This document shows, piece by piece, positions 35,343 through 43,801 of a DNA stretch of 46,115 bases. Position 1 is the stretch's first letter, and the number at the start of each line of letters is the position of its first letter. This stretch comes from a virus (lineage: Duplodnaviria; Caudoviricetes). Both the position numbers and the translations under genes were made by a program. The notes beneath the pieces are model-generated. The model had not been told where the DNA came from. It did not search any database and saw only the letters and a list, made by a program, of their open reading frames with translations. The stretch lies in IMG/VR virus record IMGVR_UViG_3300031228_000011, positions 1 through 46,115 of that record, one strand, 5' to 3'.

Positions 35343-35912
35343 ATGGATCAGATGGCTATCGTGGCGGCGCTCCGGGAGCGGAAATGCAAGCAGGTGCACA
35401 TCGCGCGAATGCTGGGCATATCGACCGACAAGGTCTCGAAGTCGTTCAAGGGGCCGGATGTCAGGCGCTTCACCGCGGAAGAAGCGCAAACCCTGCTCAC
35501 CTTCCTGGGCATGGCGCCACCGACACCAACAGGCGTTGCAAAGCTGCCGATCATTGGTCTGGTTCCGGCCGGCAACTGGCGCGAAGCGGTGGAGCATCCG
35601 ATGGGCTGGATGCCCTCCCCTGACCCGTCACTCCCCAAGGAGGCCTTCGTCGTAAGGGTCGAAGGCGATAGCATGGATGAGCGCGCGCCGGAGGGGACGC
35701 ATATCATCGTCAACCCTCTCGACAAGCAGCTCGTCACCCGCAAACTTTACGTGATCCGCAATGCGGAAGGCGACGTTACGTTCAAGCAGTTCATGCCCGA
35801 CCCTGCTCGGTTCGTGCCGGTCTCATCCAACAAGGATCACAAGCCGATCATGGTCGGCGAGGATATGTTCGAGATCGTAGGCCGCGCCGTGATGAAAGCT
35901 GAGTGGCTTTGA
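35343..35912 (+). CDS. cI: CI-like repressor (HTH plus S24 autopeptidase)
   Basis: N-terminal HTH, G.VPAG cleavage site, V.GDSM catalytic Ser, TFK catalytic Lys. Confidence 0.93.
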   Translation: MDQMAIVAALRERKCKQVHIARMLGISTDKVSKSFKGPDVRRFTAEEAQTLLTFLGMAPPTPTGVAKLPIIGLVPAGNWREAVEHPMGWMPSPDPSLPKEAFVVRVEGDSMDERAPEGTHIIVNPLDKQLVTRKLYVIRNAEGDVTFKQFMPDPARFVPVSSNKDHKPIMVGEDMFEIVGRAVMKAEWL

Positions 35913-35939
35913 CGCCAGATTCGCGCGCCCCTCAAAAAG

Positions 35940-35992
35940 TTGCGACTGTCGCAATAAAATCGCTTGACCTAATGTTGCGATAGTCGCAATAT
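35940..35992 (+). promoter_or_regulatory. Early promoter with two operators
   Basis: Perfect TTGCGA-N3-TCGCAA at 35940-35954 and 35975-35989; TTGACC (35964)-N17-CAATAT. Confidence 0.8.
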
Positions 35993-36038
35993 CTCCCCAC
36001 AGCAGCCAGACACCTCTGGCGCAGATGGGGAAGAGAGC

Positions 36039-36269
36039 GTGGCACAGGCCTACCATGTGATCTGCAACAGGACGGAGGGCGTTTACGCTACCTCCGACGA
36101 TCTGGAGTTCGCCTCGCACATCGTGGCGGCTCTCATGCAGACCCGCTCGCCCACGTCTGGCGACTGGTATGAATACTGGGTCCGCGATGATGCGGGCAAC
36201 GAGTATTCCTACGACGCGGCTTGGAACACCTGCTTCATCGATCGCCTGCCGATGCAGGTGTCGGCATGA
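36039..36269 (+). CDS. Hypothetical early protein
   Basis: First ORF after the early promoter; purine-rich RBS. Confidence 0.6.
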   Translation: MAQAYHVICNRTEGVYATSDDLEFASHIVAALMQTRSPTSGDWYEYWVRDDAGNEYSYDAAWNTCFIDRLPMQVSA

Positions 36270-36349
36270 CCCTCCGCCTTCTCCCCCACGCTCTAGTCTT
36301 GGCGTTCATCGTTATTGGTGGCGTGATGCTGGTGGTAGGTGCGGTATGA
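36266..36349 (+). CDS. 27-aa hydrophobic peptide
   Basis: ATGA coupling at both ends. Confidence 0.45.
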   Translation: MTLRLLPHALVLAFIVIGGVMLVVGAV

Positions 36350-36927
36350 AGGGGGCGATACCTCCTTCGGAGGTCCGGGCTGCTGGCCTACGGCCTCAGC
36401 CGCCTACGGCGTCTTCGCAGAGCAGCATCCCTATCGCGGTCGAATGCCACGGCCTCGATACGCCCGAACGCGTCTGCTTCTACGAGCAGGACTTCTACGT
36501 CCTGTCGAACTTCAGCAGCTTCAACGTCGCCTATAAGGGCCTCCGTTTCCAGACTTCGGAACACCTGTATCACTGGCTGAAGTTTGCCACGTCCGACGAC
36601 GGCGTCAGCGCCAAACCTGACATCGCGGAGGCAGTGAAGGACGCGCCGTCTGCACACGAGGCGTTCAAAATCGCCGAGCGCAACCGTGACCTGCGCCGTC
36701 CCGACTGGGATCGCGTGAAGGTCAATTTCATGCGGGATATTCTCACCCGCAAGGCCGAGCAGCACGAATACGTCCGCCGCAAACTCCTCGCCACTGGCGA
36801 CCGCGAGCTAGTCGAGAACAGCTGGCGCGACGACTTCTGGGGTTGGGGTCCGAACCGCGACGGCCAGAACATGCTCGGCAAGCTGTGGATGGAAGTCCGC
36901 GACGAGATGCGGGAGCACGGACAATGA
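36346..36927 (+). CDS. NADAR family ADP-ribosyl hydrolase
   Basis: LSNF, F.TSEH.Y...KF, R.DW..VK...M......K..QH......LL.TG.R.LVE.S..D.FWG....G.N.LG...M..R. Confidence 0.92.
   Translation: MKGAIPPSEVRAAGLRPQPPTASSQSSIPIAVECHGLDTPERVCFYEQDFYVLSNFSSFNVAYKGLRFQTSEHLYHWLKFATSDDGVSAKPDIAEAVKDAPSAHEAFKIAERNRDLRRPDWDRVKVNFMRDILTRKAEQHEYVRRKLLATGDRELVENSWRDDFWGWGPNRDGQNMLGKLWMEVRDEMREHGQ
36351..36438 (-). repeat. Dispersed multi-hairpin element, copy A (reverse orientation, most diverged)
   Basis: Reverse complement reads CGCGATAGGGAT...GAAGAC..GGCT...AGCCCGGA-hairpin-TCGCCC. Confidence 0.6.
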
Positions 36928-37229
36928 ACGCGTCCCTTCCCGTTCGGATCATCGCAGACGCGCAAGCCGACCGCATGGCGGATGGGTGCGACCTGTGTTG
37001 CGCCATCCCTGCGGTCACCGAACTCGACGGCGATCAGATGTGCCAGTCCTGCGCTGACAAGTGGGTTCGCGCCCAGGCTCCCGACGACGATCTTATGCCG
37101 CTCGACCATCCCGTAATGCGGGAGGCGATTGCTCGCTGGAAGGCGCTCTCTGACGACCAGTTGAAGGCGCACTCCAAGCAGCACCGCAAGTTCAATCGCG
37201 AAGAGCGTCGGGCGGGAGGGCGGTCGTGA
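36924..37229 (+). CDS. Hypothetical protein with C..C/C..C Zn ribbon
   Basis: ATGA coupling; CDLC...CQSC. Confidence 0.6.
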   Translation: MNASLPVRIIADAQADRMADGCDLCCAIPAVTELDGDQMCQSCADKWVRAQAPDDDLMPLDHPVMREAIARWKALSDDQLKAHSKQHRKFNREERRAGGRS

Positions 37230-37573
37230 GCGCAGGGCACACGCCAGGGCCGTGGCCCTTCGAGCGCACCGGAGACGGCAAGCGCTACGTCGTGGGCGAG
37301 GGGCTTGTTGAAGGGCCGCATGGCTACGAAGTCGCAGAGGTCTATTCTGACGATTGTGACCCTGATGAAGCGCTGGCCAATGCCCGCCTGATAGCGGCGG
37401 CTCCCGACATGCTCGCGGCTCTGAAGTCTGCCGACCACGCGCTTACGCAGTTCGTCGCCTTTGAGTTGGATGCCCGCGAGATCATGGGGAACACCAACTT
37501 TGAGATCGTGAAATGCGAGCGTGAACGTGCGCGCGCCGCAATCGCCAAAGCCACGGGAGGCCAGCATGACTGA
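37226..37573 (+). CDS. Conserved phage hypothetical protein
   Basis: HTPGPW...ANARLIAAAPDML motif. Confidence 0.75.
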   Translation: MSAGHTPGPWPFERTGDGKRYVVGEGLVEGPHGYEVAEVYSDDCDPDEALANARLIAAAPDMLAALKSADHALTQFVAFELDAREIMGNTNFEIVKCERERARAAIAKATGGQHD

Positions 37574-37871
37574 CCTTCTCTTGCTTGCAGAACGGGTGGA
37601 AGATGCCGAGGGTTTCGACCCCGATCTGGACCACGCGATCCATGATCTGCTGGGCGATAACGACGGAGCGCCCGCTTACACACTATCCCTCGACGCAGCC
37701 CTGACGCTCGTGCCGGAGGGGTGTGGTTGGACCGGGGGGTCGGGTCGCGCTTTCCACATTTGGAAATACACTCACACCGCCGTTTCTGAATACGGCAACG
37801 CTGCCACCCCCGCGCTCGCTCTGACCGCCGCATGTTTGCGCGCCCGTTCTACGATGGAAGGGCTCTCTTGA
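37566..37871 (+). CDS. Conserved phage hypothetical protein
   Basis: P.YT.SLDAA.TLVP.G and ATPALAL.AA.LRAR motifs; GGGAGG RBS. Confidence 0.72.
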   Translation: MTDLLLLAERVEDAEGFDPDLDHAIHDLLGDNDGAPAYTLSLDAALTLVPEGCGWTGGSGRAFHIWKYTHTAVSEYGNAATPALALTAACLRARSTMEGLS

Positions 37872-38317
37872 TGTGTGGGGATGATAAGGACTTAGGTGGA
37901 GTAGGGGCGCTTCCTGCTTCGCAGGACCGGGCTACCGCTGTCGAGCCCGTTCCGGTCTCGCCCCTGCGGGACGGTATCCCTAGCGCTATCACGCTGAACT
38001 ATGAGCAGTTGCGCGAGATTTTCCGGGCCGGGGAAAAGTTCGGCTCGGACTGCGCAACCGCGTTCGAGTGGGGCTCTGGCTTCTATCTCAAGCTGGATGA
38101 TGAACTCGGAGATGCGCTCTGTGAAATCCTGAACGAGGGTAAGGATTGGGGCGGCCCGGAATACATCGAATACGATGTCGCTCGGCAATGGGCGCGAGAG
38201 CAAGCGCAAGCGATCGAAGCCCGTAGGGCCGAGACGCAAAGCGGCTCGGTTCACGAGAGCGCGGTCCGCAACGCGGATGCGCCCACCCCTCTTGGTCAGG
38301 ACAGCAATCATGATTGA
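37871..38317 (+). CDS. Hypothetical protein whose ends are encoded by inverted copies of the dispersed element
   Basis: TGATG coupling; element copies at 37904-37986 and 38204-38285. Confidence 0.6.
   Translation: MCGDDKDLGGVGALPASQDRATAVEPVPVSPLRDGIPSAITLNYEQLREIFRAGEKFGSDCATAFEWGSGFYLKLDDELGDALCEILNEGKDWGGPEYIEYDVARQWAREQAQAIEARRAETQSGSVHESAVRNADAPTPLGQDSNHD
37904..37986 (-). repeat. Dispersed multi-hairpin element, copy B (reverse orientation)
   Basis: Reverse complement reads GCGCTAGGGAT...CGAGAC..GGCTCG...AGCCCGGT-hairpin-GCGCCC. Confidence 0.72.
38204..38285 (+). repeat. Dispersed multi-hairpin element, copy C
   Basis: GCGCAAGCGAT...CGAGAC..GGCTCGGTT...AGCGCGGT-hairpin-GCGCCCA. Confidence 0.72.
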
Positions 38318-38657
38318 GATGAAACCCTGCGCCCACTGCGGCAGCGACAACATCCTCGCGATGGGGCCGCCCGAGCCGGTTTATTGCCGCATGTGCCACG
38401 TCAGAGCCCCAGATCATGCAACCTGGAACACCCGTCACGATATCTCCGATGTCTTGATTGAGGCGCTGATCACGAAGGCCCTTTGCCAATCGGGCAAGTT
38501 CGAAACGGGGCAAGGGACGTGTGCCGCCATCTGCATGGAAGTGCTCGGCAGCGCACGGAGCGGTCCACACGGCTGCCCTAATGCGGCCCGCGTGCACGGC
38601 AAGCTCGCGTCCTCAATCGCGGACGCTCTCCGCCAAGCAAAAGGGGGAGAGGGCTGA
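38310..38657 (+). CDS. Lar-like Zn-finger protein
   Basis: MKPCAHCGS...V.C..C.......WN.R pattern of Lar (restriction alleviation) family N-termini. Confidence 0.55.
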   Translation: MIEMKPCAHCGSDNILAMGPPEPVYCRMCHVRAPDHATWNTRHDISDVLIEALITKALCQSGKFETGQGTCAAICMEVLGSARSGPHGCPNAARVHGKLASSIADALRQAKGGEG

Positions 38658-38821
38658 TGCGCTACGTTCCGCACTCAGACCGCGGCGATCCGCTCGACGC
38701 CTTCGAGCGCGCCCTGGCCCTGATGGCCGAGCGCCATGAACAGCACAAGGCCGACATTCAGAGGACGAGCGACAGGCTTGATCGCGTTGCCCGGCTTCTC
38801 GGGAAAGTGGGAGCGGTTTGA
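38657..38821 (+). CDS. Hypothetical 54-aa protein
   Basis: GGAGAGG RBS; TGATG coupling on both sides. Confidence 0.5.
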   Translation: MRYVPHSDRGDPLDAFERALALMAERHEQHKADIQRTSDRLDRVARLLGKVGAV

Positions 38822-38916
38822 TGACATTAGCTGAAAAGCTATCCTTGGGAGTGCTGGCGTGGGCGGTATCGCTGGCGATCAGTTCGTTCTGGGCGATTGT
38901 GCAGGTGGCGGGATGA
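38821..38916 (+). CDS. 31-aa hydrophobic peptide
   Basis: Coupled on both sides. Confidence 0.4.
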   Translation: MTLAEKLSLGVLAWAVSLAISSFWAIVQVAG

Positions 38917-39506
38917 GCGGCACCTTCACAGCCGACCTGTCCGCAATGGGGCGCTGGGCCGAAGGGCTTATGGCCTCGCGTCCGCCGGACTTCGTGATCG
39001 GCGACGACTACCTGCGCCGCTGGTGGGTTATGCCCCGCAACAATTATTGCAACGTCTATCTGCACGACATTCGGCAGAGCGACGACGACCGCGCGCTCCA
39101 CGATCACCCGTGGGGCAACACCAGCGTAATCCTACTCGGCGGCTACATCGAACACACTCCCGAAGGCACGTTCACACGCCAAGCTGGCGATGTCGTGACG
39201 CGCTCAGCCAACACGCTGCATCGCCTTGAAGTGATTCCCGGTCAGCGCGCGATCAGCCTGTTCATGACCGGCCCCGTCGAGCGCGAGTGGGGCTTCGCTT
39301 GCGGCCATGGCTGGGTCCACTGGCGCGACTTCGTTGACGCTCGCGACAGCGGCCAAGTCGGGCGCGGGTGCGGCGAGCATGACAGCCTCTCGCCCGTGAC
39401 CGAGCCCGGCCAGGAACGCGGCACGATCGCGCTTCCGCTCGATGCGCCCAATCCCCCCATCCCAACAACCAAGACAGCAGAAGACCAATCGGAGGATCAG
39501 TCGTGA
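38913..39506 (+). CDS. Cupin-fold metalloprotein
   Basis: YL.RWW, VYLH....D.DR.LHDHPW...S..L.GGY.E, HRL, SLF.TGP..R.WGF. Confidence 0.75.
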   Translation: MSGTFTADLSAMGRWAEGLMASRPPDFVIGDDYLRRWWVMPRNNYCNVYLHDIRQSDDDRALHDHPWGNTSVILLGGYIEHTPEGTFTRQAGDVVTRSANTLHRLEVIPGQRAISLFMTGPVEREWGFACGHGWVHWRDFVDARDSGQVGRGCGEHDSLSPVTEPGQERGTIALPLDAPNPPIPTTKTAEDQSEDQS

Positions 39507-39706
39507 ACCCCGCAAAGATCGAAGCCTGGATGACCGCCAACGGCATCCGAGAGGTCCGTTGGGTGCCTACTCCCGCACTCGGCAAGGGCACGTTCCATTG
39601 GGATGTGCTGCTGCGCGGCGGGGGAGTGTCGGGCATCGGCGACAGCATTGCCGAGGCGCTTGAACGGGCGCGGGATGCCAATGCCGACTGGCTGGACGCG
39701 GCATGA
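39503..39706 (+). CDS. Hypothetical protein
   Basis: GGAGG RBS; coupled. Confidence 0.6.
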   Translation: MNPAKIEAWMTANGIREVRWVPTPALGKGTFHWDVLLRGGGVSGIGDSIAEALERARDANADWLDAA

Positions 39707-40389
39707 CAGAAACAGTCGCCCCCGGCCCCGGTCATAACCGGCCCCCACCCGTTGTCACGATGTCGCTGCACATCGATGACCTGTTCTCGCTCGTCTCGGG
39801 CAGCACGGCGAGCCCCGTCACCACGGATGAACAAGAGGACGCACTGGCGGCGCTCCTGGATGATGTGCGCAAAACGGCCAACGATGCCGAAGCTCTGCGC
39901 AAGGCGGAGAAGAAGCCGCACGATGATGCCGCCAAGGCCGTGCAGGCCGCGTGGAAGCCTTTGCTCGACAAGTGCGACAAGGCGGCCGAGGCGCTCAAAG
40001 CGGCGCTCACACCCTACCGCACGGCCAAGCAGAGGGCAAAGGACGAAGCCGCCCGCAAGGCTCGCGAGGAAGCCGAAGCGCGCCAGAAGGCAGCACAAGA
40101 GGCCCTGCGGCAGTCCGACGATCTGGAAATCCGGTTTGAGGCCGAACAGCAGTTCGCGGCTGCGACGAAGCTAACCGCCGTGGCGAACAAGATCGATCGC
40201 TCGGCGACAGGCCTGCGGACGCATTGGGAAGCGGAAATCACCGATCAGAGCGCGGCCTTGCGTCACTATTACGCGACACAGCCAAGCGCCTTCATCGAAC
40301 TTTTGCAGAACCTAGCAGCGGTGGACGCGCGCAGCACTCGTGCCCCCGTCCCTGGCGTGGTGTTCCACGAGCGCAAACACGCCGCCTGA
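39703..40389 (+). CDS. Coiled-coil protein of the recombination module
   Basis: GHN.PP N-terminus, R.AEK.P......VQA.WKP, PGV...E C-terminus. Confidence 0.7.
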   Translation: MTETVAPGPGHNRPPPVVTMSLHIDDLFSLVSGSTASPVTTDEQEDALAALLDDVRKTANDAEALRKAEKKPHDDAAKAVQAAWKPLLDKCDKAAEALKAALTPYRTAKQRAKDEAARKAREEAEARQKAAQEALRQSDDLEIRFEAEQQFAAATKLTAVANKIDRSATGLRTHWEAEITDQSAALRHYYATQPSAFIELLQNLAAVDARSTRAPVPGVVFHERKHAA

Positions 40390-40436
40390 GATTTACCCAA
40401 GCCCCGCTGAGCGGGCACCATGAAAGGAAGAAGACG

Positions 40437-41072
40437 ATGAGCACCTACGCAAGCGATACCGGAGGGGGCGGCGATTTCACCCCCGTTCCCGAAGGCCCGC
40501 ACCCTGCGGTCTGCGATATGTTCGTGGATCTTGGGTTGCAGGAAGGGTCTGCCAAGTTCGGCGGCAAAATCCAGCACAAGGTCTATTTCCGCTGGCAGAT
40601 ACCGAGCCTGCGCCTGTCCTATGAAAAGGACGGGCAGACATTCGAGGGTCCGATGACCATCGGCGCGAAATACACCCTTTCGCTCCATGAGAAGTCGGCG
40701 CTTCGCAAGTTGCTGCAAACGTGGCGCGGCCGGGCGTTCACTCCCGAAGAGCTCAAGAAGTTCGACGTGACCACCGTTGTCGGCGCACCGTGCATGTTGT
40801 CGGTGTCTCACGCGCCCAAGGACGGCGGCGGGGTTTACGCCAACATCGACAGCGCCGTGCGGCTTCACGCCGACACGAAGGTGCCGGTGATGGAAGGCGA
40901 GCCGCTCATCTACGACGCCGACAACCCGGACACCTTCGACAAGCTGCGGCCCTGGCTTCAGGAGCTTATCAAGAACGCCAAGTCGCCGAAGGATGCCGAC
41001 AAGGCGAATGATCCCGAGGCATGGCGCGAAGATGTCCGCGACAACGACCTCGATGACGACATTCCGTTCTGA
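40437..41072 (+). CDS. Putative single-stranded DNA-binding protein
   Basis: F.P.PEG.H.A.C...VDLG.Q, YTLSL.EKS.LR..L..WRG, acidic DDDIPF tail; AAGGAAG RBS. Confidence 0.72.
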   Translation: MSTYASDTGGGGDFTPVPEGPHPAVCDMFVDLGLQEGSAKFGGKIQHKVYFRWQIPSLRLSYEKDGQTFEGPMTIGAKYTLSLHEKSALRKLLQTWRGRAFTPEELKKFDVTTVVGAPCMLSVSHAPKDGGGVYANIDSAVRLHADTKVPVMEGEPLIYDADNPDTFDKLRPWLQELIKNAKSPKDADKANDPEAWREDVRDNDLDDDIPF

Positions 41073-41383
41073 TGAAAGCAGCGTCCGCCTTGGAGAAGCG
41101 GCACATGAGCCGGGTGGCCGGATTGCCTTGCCTCGTATCGGGCAAGCGTCCGGTCACCCTGCACCATGTCACCGGCTATGCCGATCGGATGGGACGCTTC
41201 ACGCGCTCGCATCGTCTGGTCGTGCCCTTGGCGGCGGAATATCACCTGATCCAGCATGGCCCGAAGATCAGCGTCGAAGCGCTCGGCCACCGTGGATTCT
41301 ACCAGGAATGGGGCATCGATCTTTTCGCCGAGGCAGAACGTCTGTGGGCCGAAAGTGAAGCGCTCGAAAGGAAAGCAGCATGA
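41072..41383 (+). CDS. Ref/DUF968-like HNH-fold protein
   Basis: H...VA.LPC.V.G......HH, VVPL...H; several Cys ligands replaced. Confidence 0.6.
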   Translation: MKAASALEKRHMSRVAGLPCLVSGKRPVTLHHVTGYADRMGRFTRSHRLVVPLAAEYHLIQHGPKISVEALGHRGFYQEWGIDLFAEAERLWAESEALERKAA

Positions 41384-41724
41384 ACGCCATCGCCATTCCC
41401 GACAAGATGGAAGCCGCGATCCATGACGCGGAGAGCCTGTTCGAGCAGGCATCGATCGCCCGCGCCGAAGCCGAGAACGCCGAAGCCTACGCCAAGCAGA
41501 TCAAGGCCATCGAATTCCTGCGCTTCAAGGATGACAAGGTATCCGCCACGGAAGCCGAGCAACGCGCTCTGGCGTCCCCTGAATACCGACAGGCGTCGAA
41601 GGACTGGATGGCGAAGAACATCACCTGGCGCACGCTGGAGGGCCGTGCACGGGGCAAGGAGCTGCGCTTCGAGGCGTGGCGAACCGCCAACGCGACCGAA
41701 CGCGCAAAGATGCAACTCCGATGA
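41380..41724 (+). CDS. Helical hypothetical protein
   Basis: S...AE..A.AS..Y and WRT..A..R motifs; coupled. Confidence 0.65.
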   Translation: MNAIAIPDKMEAAIHDAESLFEQASIARAEAENAEAYAKQIKAIEFLRFKDDKVSATEAEQRALASPEYRQASKDWMAKNITWRTLEGRARGKELRFEAWRTANATERAKMQLR

Positions 41725-41858
41725 CCATCCTGACCTGCGAACGCTGCAACAAGCGCCTGTCCCGCAAGACGGCCCGCCAGATCGACGGCGTGATCCTGTG
41801 CGCGCCCTGCATGTTCGGACAGCCGCCCCGTAAGCCCTCACCGGAGCCCACCCCATGA
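41721..41858 (+). CDS. Small Zn-ribbon protein
   Basis: CERC...CAPC; ATGA coupling. Confidence 0.5.
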   Translation: MTILTCERCNKRLSRKTARQIDGVILCAPCMFGQPPRKPSPEPTP

Positions 41859-41998
41859 CCCGCGCGATAGCCAAGCGCAACGGCGAGCCGGCGCACCTGA
41901 ACCCGCCGCCTCGCTTGCGCCAGTCACACATTGCGGCGCCGTTCGTTCCTCAACCCATGTCCCCGCCCTCGTGGTGGGAGAGGTTGTTCGGCAGATGA
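41855..41998 (+). CDS. Hypothetical 47-aa protein
   Basis: GGAG RBS; ATGA coupling on both sides; ends WWERLFGR. Confidence 0.5.
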   Translation: MTRAIAKRNGEPAHLNPPPRLRQSHIAAPFVPQPMSPPSWWERLFGR

Positions 41999-42285
41999 GC
42001 GAGCGGGTCCGCACCGCCGAGGCTCAGCGCCTCACAGGAATCCCGGCGCGGACCTTGCAAGAAAAGGCCGCTGCTGGCCTAATACCCGGTGCGCGGAAGG
42101 TTTTCGGGCGCTGGACCTTCGACGCTTCACAACTCGCCAGATTAGGACACACGCCATGCGGGAGAAACTACCGAAAGGCCTCTACCGGCGCGGGGAGATT
42201 ATCTGGGCGCGGTTCAAGGTTCGCGGAGTCGAGTATCGAGAAAGCCTACGAACTCGCTCTGTCAAAGCGGCTGAGCGCGCGCTGA
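41995..42285 (+). CDS. xis: Excisionase-like HTH protein
   Basis: EA..LTG...RTL...A..G.IPGA.K.F.RW.F (MerR/HTH_17 type); overlaps the integrase start. Confidence 0.75.
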   Translation: MSERVRTAEAQRLTGIPARTLQEKAAAGLIPGARKVFGRWTFDASQLARLGHTPCGRNYRKASTGAGRLSGRGSRFAESSIEKAYELALSKRLSAR

Positions 42286-43256
42286 ATGTCCGCCGGCAGG
42301 AAATCATCGACCAAGCCTATTTCGGGGCTGTCGCGCCAACCTCATGGAAAGCCGCTGTTGTTTCGTGGTCGACGCTCGGCGCAAAGGCCTACGGGATCAG
42401 ACCGGCCACGTTCGACCGCTATCTCGTCAGCCTCGGGCAGCTTCGCCCGTGGCTTGACGACAGGGACGTTCACGAAATCGACGGCAAGCTGCTCAAGCAA
42501 ATCGTCGGCGACCGGCAGAGGGCTGGCGTCACAAACGCCACGATCCGCCGCGACATGACCGCCGTTTCATCCGTGCTGGCCCACTGCATCGACAAGGAGT
42601 GGATCGAGGAGAACGCGGCCCGCACCCTGGATCGCAGCCGCTTCAAGGAACGACGCGAGCCGATCATTCTGCCCCGCCAGGACAGCGTTGACGCGGTGTT
42701 TGCGCTCGGCAGCCGGTTCATTGACATGGCCGCGTTCGCGCTTGAGACTGGGATGCGCGAGGAAGAGATTGCCTCACTCCAGCATGACCAGATCGACCGG
42801 CGGCGCATGGCCGTGGTCAGCGAAGAGAACAAGGGCGGCGAGGTCAAGCACATCACCCTGACCCCGAAGGCGCTGGCGATCATTGACCGGCAACCGCGCT
42901 ATCTGCGCAAGCCGTTCGTGTTCTGGCGGGGGGAGGGTGAGCGGTTCTTCAACGTCGGCTCGCAGTTCTACGCCACGGTCGCGAGGGTGGCACGAAATGC
43001 GGCACGGCAAGGATCGGAGTTCAAGCGCTTCCGCTTCCACGATCTACGCCACCTGTTTGCCGTGCGCTACCTCCAGGAACGGCGCGGGACGCTCTACGAT
43101 TTGCAGCTCACCTTGGGCCACAAAAGCATCAAGACAACCGAAGGCTACCTGAAGCATCTGACCCCGGACGAGCGCCGCGATGCAATTCATAGGGTGGCAC
43201 AAGACGCGGCACAGAACCAACAGTCTGAAGGCGAAAAGGCTGGCGAAAATGGCTGA
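42156..43256 (+). CDS. int: Tyrosine integrase
   Basis: TGMR..E, K, HDLRH, LGH.....T..Y catalytic residues; AGGA RBS before the ATG at 42156. Confidence 0.95.
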   Translation: MREKLPKGLYRRGEIIWARFKVRGVEYRESLRTRSVKAAERALNVRRQEIIDQAYFGAVAPTSWKAAVVSWSTLGAKAYGIRPATFDRYLVSLGQLRPWLDDRDVHEIDGKLLKQIVGDRQRAGVTNATIRRDMTAVSSVLAHCIDKEWIEENAARTLDRSRFKERREPIILPRQDSVDAVFALGSRFIDMAAFALETGMREEEIASLQHDQIDRRRMAVVSEENKGGEVKHITLTPKALAIIDRQPRYLRKPFVFWRGEGERFFNVGSQFYATVARVARNAARQGSEFKRFRFHDLRHLFAVRYLQERRGTLYDLQLTLGHKSIKTTEGYLKHLTPDERRDAIHRVAQDAAQNQQSEGEKAGENG

Positions 43257-43299
43257 TTTCTGCCACATTCAGGGGATGCTCAACGGCGCGCAAAACGTC

Positions 43300-43338
43300 T
43301 TAGCAAACCGTTGGTTTCAGCCACTCACCCACGTCTCC
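43300..43338 (-). other. attP core: 5' half of tRNA-Ser(GCT), not a complete tRNA
   Basis: Minus strand GGAGACGTGGGTGAGTGGCTGAAACCAACGGTTTGCTAA gives acceptor 5' strand, D-arm and anticodon loop with GCT; 44 nt after the integrase stop. Confidence 0.85.
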
Positions 43339-43348
43339 AGCGGCGGGT

Positions 43349-43377
43349 TCCCTAGGGTTTCAGCCATTTCCTGTCAA
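43349..43377 (-). promoter_or_regulatory. Candidate promoter for the tRNA reconstituted on integration
   Basis: TTGACA-N17-TAGGGA, then 10 nt GC-rich sequence before the tRNA 5' end. Confidence 0.55.
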
Positions 43378-43457
43378 CGCGGGATGCGCGGAAAGCGCGA
43401 GGAACATCGGTTCGCCGTGACACAACGAGTGGCACAGTCTGTTCGCGGAGCGTTCTG

Positions 43458-43799
43458 GTGAAGGTGCACGATTGGATTAAGAGCGAGCGTGGTCCCCAGC
43501 GGAGGCGGGGCGCGGGCAACCGCCTGCTTCACTGCTGCTGCATTTGCGGCACAGTAAGTCTCTGGGGCAAGGGCTGGAGCGTCTACTGTAGCATCCGGGA
43601 ACTTGATGATGGCGTGCCGGTGCCAAAGTTCTGCTCTCGGAAGTGCGCGGCCAAGGGAGGCCCGAACGCTAGCAATGTGACCGCCGAAATGCGCCAGGCT
43701 GCTTACGACGCAGAGTGGCGCGAGCCCCGAGCGGTCTATCGCGATGCAACCGACATTGAGAAATACCGCGCGGCTGCGGCCAAACAGAGGCGTCCATGA
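43458..43799 (+). CDS. Hypothetical Cys-rich protein
   Basis: H.C.ICG...FCS..C; GGAG RBS. Confidence 0.6.
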   Translation: MKVHDWIKSERGPQRRRGAGNRLLHCCCICGTVSLWGKGWSVYCSIRELDDGVPVPKFCSRKCAAKGGPNASNVTAEMRQAAYDAEWREPRAVYRDATDIEKYRAAAAKQRRP

Positions 43800-43801
43800 C
43801 C

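Larger units (their letters stand above)
43194..43436. other. attP region with candidate integrase arm-type sites
   Basis: Paired GTGGCACA-like octamers with 12-nt period at 43194-43213 and 43417-43436 (also 42987-43006) flank the tRNA-like core. Confidence 0.65.

Noticed and set aside
43300-43338. A functional phage tRNA gene
   Set aside because: Similarity stops at the anticodon loop, with no variable arm, T-arm or 3' acceptor strand; interpreted as the attP core.
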